NCBI GenBank assembly: GCA_000004985.1
Contig: GG738903.1
Source: Naegleria gruberi
Taxonomy: Eukaryota
Reading direction: 5' to 3' (one strand)
DNA length: 64,000 nt
Shown piece by piece: positions 55,584-64,000 of this stretch. Below the pieces are notes generated by a model. It saw only the letters and a list, made by a program, of their open reading frames with translations. It was not told where the DNA came from and made no database searches. Made by a program: the position numbers and the translations under genes. The first letter of the stretch is position 1; each line of letters opens with the position of its first letter.

Positions 55584-58500
55584 ATGTCTCTTGACTACTG
55601 TATGGTCTCTAACAGAGTAAAACTCTGTAAGGTTACTGTTTGTATGCTTGTGACCCTAGTTATCTTGTCCATTTTGGCTTCTAATACTAATGCATTTGAA
55701 TGTACAGGTACAGATTCTTGTAATGGTAGAGGTTTTTGTTCAACCACAGGTGATTCTTGTCAATGTTTGACAACTCTCAACTATGATTTGAATAATAATG
55801 CCAATACTATGGTTGCTAACTCTTCCCTTTCATTCTATACTCTAGGTTCAAGTGATGGAGAAGAACCATCCTATACTTTCATTTCTGGTAATACTACCTA
55901 TGTTTCCAAAATTACTTTTGATGGTACTAATGTAAATGTTATTGTAAAGAATCAAAGTATTTTGACTCAAGATGTTGGTAGTGGATATCAATACCTCACT
56001 CTCAAAATTGATGGTAGTTTAGGAATGTGTCAAAGTGATAAGATTGATTGTGTTGCTCTCACTAGTAACGGTGGTGTTAATTCTGCTGCTTGTAATGGAA
56101 CTGGTCCTTTCTATTTCTTCTTTAGAAAGGATGGTTTAATCTCTGTTTTAGATAGTACTGGTGCAGAATGTTGGAACAGTAATGTTTTCGATTCATCAGT
56201 TAAATATCAAGATTTTGCTGGTACTAGTTGTCAAGATTCATTGTATTATTGTAATGGTATTGTAAATACTGATGCTAATGTTTGTAGTGGTAAGGGAAAG
56301 TGTGGTTCTACTGGTTGTACTTGTAACAATACAACTCAATGGACTGGATCTGATTGCTCAACCCCTATTTGTTATGGTTTACCTTCTACTGATGCTAACG
56401 TTTGTAAAGGAAGAGGTTCATGTGCTGCTCCAGATTCTTGTTCATGCACTATTGGTCAAGCTCCATATTGTAATGTAACTTGTGGAAATGTTTCTGAAAG
56501 TTCTCCTAGTGTCTGTAATGGATTTGGTCAATGTATTTCCCAAGATACTTGTCAATGTACAAATCCAAATTATTCTGGTAAGAATTGTGATGTTTATAGT
56601 TGGGTATGTCAAGATGTCAATTCTTGTAACTCTAAAGGTTTCTGTGCCAATAGTACTTTGTGTGATTGTTCCTATGATTACATGAATATTGTTAATGGTG
56701 GTGCTACTCTCTATCGTGATGTTGTTACTAATGCTTTTGCTAATTCTCCAAATTTCAATTGTTCCCTTCGTCAAGTTGCTACTGTTGTAAATAATCAAAC
56801 TGTATATCCATTGGTAGGAATTTGTGGTGGTGTCACTATTTGGACTTATCCAATTACTACTTTTACTAGTTTACTTGAATATCTCACAATTACAGCAAAT
56901 GGTCACGTTCTTGTTGAAGGTAACACTCAACTCTTAGATTTCAATTCTAATATGGCAATTAATACAACCACTCCTGTTTACAGTATGGGAAATGATGGTG
57001 TATTCAGAATTTACTCATCCACTGGTACAAATACCTATTCTCTTGGTACTTCAAATGGTCTTACAGGTTGGACTCTTGCTTATGGTCAACAATGTCAATC
57101 TTCACACAGTTTTTGTAATGGTCTCCTCGATACTGATCCAAATGTTTGTAGTAGACGTGGTTCATGTGTTATGGGAAGTTATTGTGATTGTAAGCATGGT
57201 TTTGGTGGTACTAATTGTGAAAAGGAAGCCACTTGTGATGGAATTCCTCAATCATCCAACTTAACTTGTTCAGGACATGGTAATTGCACTTTCCAGGGAT
57301 GTACTTGTACTGCTCCATACTATGGAAGTAATTGTTCTCAAAGATATTATACCTGTTATGGTATTGCTTCAACAAATCCATCTACTTGTAGCGCTAATGG
57401 TAAATGTGTTGAAGACAATACTTGCGTTTGTAATAATGGTTTCAGTGGATCAATGTGTCAAAGTCTTTCATCTAACAATGGAACTAACAATGGTACAATC
57501 AACAATAATGGTACAATTAATAACAATGGTACTGTTAATAATAATGGAACTATTAACAATAATGGTACAACCAATAATAATGGTACTGCTAACAATGGTA
57601 CTGTTAATAACAATGGAACAATTAACAACAATAATGGTACATCTAATAATGGTACTTCCAATAATAATGGAACCGTTGTTGATCCATGTAAGAATATCAC
57701 TTGTCAATATGGTATTTGCTCTGCAGGCAAGTGTATCTGTAGTTATAGTACCGATTATTTCTATTATGGACCTACTTGTTCAAAATACAGTGCAGTTATG
57801 TGTCAAAGCTTAATGCAAGCTTCCACAGCTCCATTCTGTGCCTCAGTTGGTGTAACTCCTAATATTATGAATTTTGTTTCTGAACTTGGTTATAATCTTC
57901 TTGCTAAATATAATGGTGCGCTTAATGAAAGCGTTGTCAGTGCTCAAGCTGTTTCAGAACTAGATAATGCTGCCTTGTTAATGTCTCAAGCATTCGTCAA
58001 AGCTTGTACCAATGATGCTTGCCGTCTTGCCTATAAGAGATATGCTTGCTATTCACAATTCCCAATTTGTTCTGCAAATACTTACATGCCAGTTTGTAAT
58101 GGTGCTTGTACTACTGCCCTTAGTCCATATCCACTTCCAAATGTTAATTTGACAAGTTTGTGTGGATCTCTTCCATCTAAATATTGTACCAATGATATTA
58201 ACTATGTAGATGCCAAGTGTGTTGGTGTAACTTGTTCTGGTCGTGGATCTTGTTCAAATGGAACTTGTAATTGTGCAAGTGGCTATACTGGTGCTAATTG
58301 TGAACAAGTTATCATTCCATACTCTCTCACTCCTGCCTGTGTAAATGTAATGTCCTCATCTTCAACTCCTTTCTGTGCCTCTGCTGGAGTTGTTCTCCCA
58401 TTGTATAATGTTAATTTAATGAATGGTGCTAAGAGTGAAAGCCAAGCTGCTAGTATGCTTGCTGCTAGTTTAGCTCAATTAGATGCCCAAGCTAATGCTA

Positions 58501-61500
58501 CCTTCTTAACTGGATCTTCTTATAATCCTAATTGTGCAACTGCTGATTGCTTGATTCATATTAAGAGATATGCATGTTATACTACATTCAAGTCTTGTAT
58601 TAATACTACTTCAACTGCTGTTCCATGGTGTAAATCTGCATGTCAAATCATGTATACTCAAGCTAGTACTATTGCTAATTTTAGTTATCCAATGAATGCT
58701 ACATGTGACTCATTCCCTGACTCCAACTGTAACTACGGTGTCTACCTTCCTTCCACTACCACTTGTTTTGGTAAATCAATTAAGGATGCTACTGTATGTT
58801 CAGGAAAAGGATCATGTATTTCTCAAGATACTTGTAATTGTGCAAATGGTTATTCTGGAAGCAATTGTGAAAAGGCAGTTTGTTTCTCAAAGATTAGTTC
58901 TGATTCATCAGTTTGTTCAGGAAGAGGTTCATGTGTTGCTCCAAATAGTTGTACATGTAAAACAGGATACACAGGAGAAAAATGTGAACTTCCAACATGT
59001 AATGGTAAGAGTGATGTTTTGGGTGGTTGTTCATTCCGTGGATCTTGTAATACTACTGATTCTTGTATCTGTAATGGTAATTTTGATTCATCAACATTCT
59101 GTTCTAAATGTAAGAGTGGTTATGTTGGATCAAATTGTGATGTTCCAGTATGTTTCTTAATTTCTGCCACTGATAGTACTGTTTGTGGAGGTCAAGGTTC
59201 TTGCATTAGTCCAAACACTTGTAAATGTAAATCAGGATATTCAGGCACTGCTTGTCAAACCTTCTCTTGTTATGGTATTTCAAAGACTGACAGTAATGTC
59301 TGTGGTGGAAGTACAAGAGGTTCATGTATTGGTCCAGACAATTGTAAATGTGTTACCAATTGGAACAATAAGAATAATACTTGTACTAGTTGCAGTCCTG
59401 CATACACTGGTTCTTCATGTACTACTCCAGTTTGTAGTGCAACTGATACATGTAATTCTCATGGTACTTGTGATTCTAATTTCAAGTGTGTCTGTACTGG
59501 TAATTTCATTGGTGATTATTGTTCATCATGTGCCACTGGATTTGTTGGTGCAAATTGTGATATTTCTTGCTCAGCTGCCAAGACATGTAATTCACACGGT
59601 TCATGTACCAATACTGGTTCTTGTACTTGTAATGGTAATTTTGATCCTTCTTTCAATTGTGCATCTGCTAAATGTCTTAATGGTTTCTTGGGTGATGGAT
59701 GTAATTACAAGGTTGATACATCTTCTTTCAAGTTCAATGCTAATGGTGATAGAATTACTGCTACCATTTATAATGCTGTCAAGACTCAAGTTGCCTGTTC
59801 TCAAATTATTTCATCTCTCTCCAAGCTTGGTACTGGTCCAATTTGTAACATGGATGGTAAATCATCTATTGAAATTATTTTAGGTGTTGGTGCTACCATT
59901 GTTACTGGTGATTCATTAACTCTTTATTCATTGATTGGTGACTCTAGCTCAACTGTTAATGCTGTTGTTTCTGCTGGTGAATTTGTTGCTTTAGCACCAA
60001 CTTCTGCATTGACTTCTGACAAGTCTCTTGTTTCCCAATGTGATGTTTTGAATTTGAATGCATTTGATTCTGTTTCTCTTGATCGTCGTCCTCTTACATT
60101 CTCTTGGACTTGTACTGCTGGTCCATCATCAGATGATCAAACCAAATTGAATTCTTTAATTTCCTCTACTACATTGAGTGGTATCNNNNNNNNNNNNNNN
60201 NNNNNNNNNNNNNNNNNNNNNNNNNNNNNNNNNNNATTGCTCAAGCAGCTCCAACTCTTTCAATTAAGGAAGGTACTTCTGTTAAATTCCTCATTGGAAC
60301 TACAAGTCTCATTACACCAGTAATTTCATTCCCAACTTGTTATACTGGTACAGGTGCTACAACTTATACATTTACACTTGATGGATCTGTTTCAAAGGTT
60401 TCATCCTTATCAGTTTCTACCAAGAATAACTTGTTGGTCCTTGGTTCTAGTTTTACCAATATTAATCAAGAAGGTGATTATTACTTTATTGTAACTGCAT
60501 CTGCTGATAGTGCTCAAGCAGTTAGTACAACTGTTAAAGTTAGTGCTGTTGCTCAACCTATTTCAGTTGCATTCAGTGTTCCAGATATGACTCAATCTAA
60601 GGATGACCCAGTTGCCTTCTCTATTTCTGTTACTGATCCAAGTAATACTCAAGATACATTGACTCTCTCAACAACATGTATTGATTCAACTGGTACTTCT
60701 TGTTCTAATCCAGGTTCTGCTTCATCATTCAGTTCTTCATTCGCAGCTGGTACTTATATCTTTACTACCACTGCTACTAAGGGTTCAAGAACTTCAAGTG
60801 CCAAATTGACAATTACAGTTCTCGATACTTCAAAGAGTTTAATTGTCAGAGTTTCAATTACTTCCAATGTTGATTTGACAACTGTTGATCCAACAAAGGA
60901 CTTGTATTTGACCTATAATACTTTGGATTCCTTGTCTGCTCCAACATTCTCTTGGACCTCTGCTACTGGTGATGTTTCTTCAAGTTCTCTTCTCATCATT
61001 CCAAGCTCTAATCTTGTTCCTGGTTCTTCCTATGTTGTTTCTTTATCAGTTGTTGATGGTGCTAAATCCGGTACTGCATCTGTCACAATTACAGTCAACT
61101 CTCCTCCAACAGTTGGTGTCTTTGAAGTTTATCCAACTAGTGGTGTTGCTTTGAGTGATTCATTCAGTCTCAAGTGTGGTAATGGTTGGTCTGATCCACA
61201 AACTCCATTATCATTCCAATTCTTCTTCTATGATTCTGTATCTATGAAGTGGAATTCACTCACTGAAAAGTCTCAACAACAAAGTGCCAACATTCAACTT
61301 CCATCACCAAGTTCAGGTTCAACATTGACTATTAAGGCTGTTGTTTATGATGCTTTGGGAGCTTCTTCTGAATCTAGAACAAATATTACCATTACTCAAC
61401 CAAGTAATGCCGACGTTGCAAGTACTTTAACTTCAATGGCAAAGGGTACTAATACTGTTACCTTGTCTGGTGTTAGTGCTGCAATGTTTGTTATTGGTGC

Positions 61501-62524
61501 TGTTAGTAATCCAACTGATGCTGAAAAGGCAGCCATTCAACAAGCTTCTACTGCACTTGCCAATTCATTCTTATTACAACAAGCTCAAAGTGCTGCTGTT
61601 ACATCACTTTCTTCATCAGCAGCTGAAAGTAGTATCTCCTTCTCAAGCTCTGTTGCTGGTTCAGTTTCAAAGGGTCTCTTTGCTGATTCAACAACTTCTC
61701 AAGTTATTTCAAGCTTGTCAAATACTACATCTTCTGTAACATCAAGTTCTTCTGTTAGTCTTTCTGATGATGCTATTGCAAGTACTTTGGCAACTGCTAA
61801 TAATTTCCTTGCCTACATCAAGTCCAAATTATCAAAGAGATCTTTCAGTTCTGCTGATCTTACTAATTTGAATGCTGTCTTTGCAAGTGTTGCTTCTATC
61901 AAGACTAAGAATGTTGTTCCTGATGCACCAGCTGCTACTGTAACTGCCAATGGTGTCACAACTTCTTCTCGTAAGGTCAATCTTGCTTCTTTGAATTCTA
62001 TGGCTCAAAATACTACAGGAAAGGATCAAATCAAGTTCAAGAATAATATTGCCGCATTGACTGCCTTTGCTAATGCCAAATCTGTTAGTGTTACAGTCAA
62101 GACAACTAGTACATCTGTTACTAATGCTGTCACCAATGCCATGACATTCTCATTTGCTGATGGAACTAGTTCTGCAACTATTTCAGTTTCTAGCTCTTCT
62201 CCAATTGCTGATTTGGTATTTGGTACAACCAAGAGTTTGACAAGATCAATCACTGCAACCCAAGTCATCTGTAAATCTGTCGATTCAAGTGGTGCTGCTT
62301 CAGATGCTTCAGGATGTACTGTTGTAATTGGAAGTGATGGTACTGCCACAGCAACTGTTTCAAGTACTGGTACTTATTTGTTGACTCAACAAACAATTAC
62401 TGCTACATCGAGTGGTAAAACTGTTACTCCTAAACCTTCAAAGCTCAGTAGTGCTCCAGCAAGTACTTTCTCAATGATGTTGACTCTTTTCATTGCTGCT
62501 ATTACATTGATTATTTTACAATAG
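55584..62524 (+). CDS. Giant membrane-anchored (probably GPI) EGF-repeat / double Frizzled-type CRD / REJ-module protein, spanning an assembly gap
   Basis: Signal peptide, then tenascin-type EGF repeats. Two Fz-CRD-like 10-Cys modules (CQSLMQASTAPFCASVGV...YKRYACYSQFPICSAN...PVCNGAC...LCGSLPSKYC and CVNVMSSSSTPFCASAGV...IKRYACYTTFKSC...WCKSAC). NNGT sequon repeats. REJ-like block LTFSWTC...SPPTVGVFEVYPTSGVALSDSFSLKCGNGWSDPQTPLSFQFFFYD. Ser/Thr/Ala-rich stalk. Terminal hydrophobic FSMMLTLFIAAITLIILQ. The ORF-track entries 55584-60323 and 60431-62524 are the same gene across the 50-N gap; the frame offset is unknown. Confidence 0.7.
57471..57680 (+). repeat. Tandem NNGT/NNNGT coding microrepeat (about 15 consecutive N-glycosylation sequons)
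   Basis: SSNNGTNNGTINNNGTINNNGTVNNNGTINNNGTTNNNGTANNGTVNNNGTINNNNGTSNNGTSNNNGT, encoded by aat/ggt/act iterations. Confidence 0.85.
60186..60235. other. Assembly gap (50 N)
   Basis: Run of n characters inside the coding region of the 55584-62524 gene. Confidence 1.
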
Positions 62525-62662
62525 ATAATAAACAATTTACAATTCTTCTAACTCATTACTATTACTCATCATATTAAGTATTGGCTTTAATGACTCTAAA
62601 TTTGTTAGAATTGGCATTATTAACACTTTACAAAATCAATCAATACGTCAAGTGTTAAAAAA

Positions 62663-64000
62663 ATGAAAACGCTTGTCAACAAGGTTCTCTCATCATCGAT
62701 TATTACTGCTTCTCGAAGATCCTCATCATCATTATCATCTCTCAATAATGGTTCTATTCTTATTGGTGGATTGAATAATTCCGTACCACTGATCAATGTC
62801 TTTGGAAAACATCATCAATTAAACTTTTCAATAATGGAAAATGCAAATGGAAGAAATTATCATGCAACAAGTAAAATGTTGAAAAAGGCTAAACAACAAG
62901 CACCAGAGACAACAGTTTATTCCGAACAAGAACAGAATGAATTGATCAAAAATTATATAGAACTTGAGGACAAATTTAAGAAATTAACTGAAAATATTAT
63001 TGAATATCGTAGAAATCATCCTACTCCTGTTCAATTATTGGAAACTAATCACTTATTTGTTCAAGTTTGTGATTTAGTTAATTTTTGTTACAAAACCTTT
63101 CCAAAAACTAATGATCCAGTTAATATGCAAGTTAGATACTTCAAATCAAATGTTGGTATGAAGTTATATGTCTTGATGAAGAAGGTTGAATTGTTAATGT
63201 TAAAGATTGTGAATCAGGAATGGTTCCCAGTTGAAACAATCAGAACTCAATTCAATGAGGAAAATATCATGCAATCCCTTCCTACTGTTTATCATGTTGC
63301 TACACCTGTTGACGATACACTCTTCTTGTTTGCTGCTTATGAGGCAGCACTTTCTTATGCAGCTTTCATTCCAAACATGAGAGATATTGTGAGACCAACC
63401 ACAAAAGAAAATCTAATTGCTGCAGCTTTATTCTTGTTTAATAGATTGAAGGATTTCCCAATTTTGAATGATGGTATTCGAAATTATGCAGATATGGTCT
63501 TTTCAGATTATGAAGCAGCCAAATTGGCCTACACTACTGCAAAGCCAATTGAAAATGAACCAGATTTCCATTATAATGCTGATAAGAATGCTTATTCTTA
63601 CTTGGGAAAGACATTTACAGAGCACGAGTTTGATTGGTTCGAAGATATTGAAACAAATATTCCAATTCATCTTGGAAACTTTATCAAAGCTTTGAAGGTT
63701 GCTGCTTATGATGGTGATAGAAAGCAAAGTATGGATGTTTTGGATGAATGTATCAAAACTGATCCAAATAATATTTATATTCACTATTTGAAGGCATCTC
63801 GTTTGGACATTCTCACTGATTCAGAGCCAGACCTCAATATTGCTCACAATAATTACTCAAATGCCATTCATCATTTGGAGATGGCATTGGCCTATCTTGC
63901 AAAAACTCCAAAGTTGCCACTCCCTACTCTTGCAAAGACCAATTTTTCACCTGACATTGAAGTACCAGAAAAACAGGTTGAAAGAATTAACGATCTCAAA
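62663..64000 (+). CDS. Hypothetical protein, 5-prime partial in window (runs off the 3-prime end), not present in the supplied ORF track
   Basis: AAAAATG at 62663 followed by 446 stop-free codons to the window edge. N-terminus MKTLVNKVLSSSIITASRRSSSSLSSL resembles a mitochondrial presequence. Typical codon usage. No domain recognised. Confidence 0.55.
   Translation, partial: MKTLVNKVLSSSIITASRRSSSSLSSLNNGSILIGGLNNSVPLINVFGKHHQLNFSIMENANGRNYHATSKMLKKAKQQAPETTVYSEQEQNELIKNYIELEDKFKKLTENIIEYRRNHPTPVQLLETNHLFVQVCDLVNFCYKTFPKTNDPVNMQVRYFKSNVGMKLYVLMKKVELLMLKIVNQEWFPVETIRTQFNEENIMQSLPTVYHVATPVDDTLFLFAAYEAALSYAAFIPNMRDIVRPTTKENLIAAALFLFNRLKDFPILNDGIRNYADMVFSDYEAAKLAYTTAKPIENEPDFHYNADKNAYSYLGKTFTEHEFDWFEDIETNIPIHLGNFIKALKVAAYDGDRKQSMDVLDECIKTDPNNIYIHYLKASRLDILTDSEPDLNIAHNNYSNAIHHLEMALAYLAKTPKLPLPTLAKTNFSPDIEVPEKQVERINDLK

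Noticed and set aside
56272-59883. Alternative-frame ORFs inside the 55584-62524 gene
   Set aside because: They lie within the coding frame of the EGF/CRD protein. They are Val/Leu/Ile-rich frame-shifted translations of Asn/Gly/Thr/Cys codon repeats.
1-64000. Prokaryotic feature types (CRISPR arrays, operons, insertion sequences, rho-independent terminators) and tRNA genes
   Set aside because: The sequence is eukaryotic, with spliceosomal introns, signal-peptide and GPI proteins, and poly-Asn/Gln tracts. No direct-repeat/spacer arrays were seen, and no cloverleaf-capable GC-rich 72-90 nt segment was noticed in the AT-rich intergenic DNA.

Overview
The window is a eukaryotic nuclear sequence, very AT-rich between genes, and has the character of a dictyostelid (social amoeba) genome. 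Evidence for that: AAAAATG start contexts, short GTAAGT/GTGAGT...AG introns (45-180 bp), Ser/Asn/Gln/Thr low-complexity tracts, and abundant tenascin-type CxC EGF-repeat proteins. The assignment is an inference from sequence style only. A 50-N scaffold gap at 60186-60235 marks it as draft assembly. I support about 24 protein-coding genes, several of them spliced so that separate ORF-track entries merge into one gene. No tRNA, rRNA, CRISPR or transposon could be supported. Recognisable genes are: (1) a B-box/coiled-coil/NHL-repeat protein; (2) a short-chain dehydrogenase/reductase (SDR); (3) a TLDc-domain protein; (4) a tandem BTB/KCTD protein; (5) a G-patch protein; (6) an EOGT-like glycosyltransferase (family GT61); (7) an F-box/SPRY protein; (8) a coiled-coil protein with a myosin-V-type DIL domain; (9) a pseudokinase-like protein with TPR repeats; (10) a trypsin-like serine protease of bacterial type; (11) a mitochondrial HslU AAA+ ATPase; and (12) a protein with RGS and START-like domains. 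The most unusual content is listed below. (a) A secreted protein with a von Willebrand D domain (GDPH motif) followed by about 420 residues of almost pure Lys/Arg/Leu amphipathic heptad sequence. (b) A 2710-aa single-exon protein with EGF repeats, a REJ module and a GPS motif, followed by a 7TM receptor carrying a cytoplasmic RGS domain, i.e. an adhesion-GPCR/polycystin-like receptor with a built-in GAP domain. About 8 kb away sits a divergently oriented, probably GPI-anchored protein with a similar EGF/REJ ectodomain plus two Frizzled-type CRDs, and a soluble RGS protein lies between them. (c) A tandem array of lineage-specific 7TM receptor-like paralogues, with one frameshifted member and one relic fragment, interrupted by the GT61 gene.
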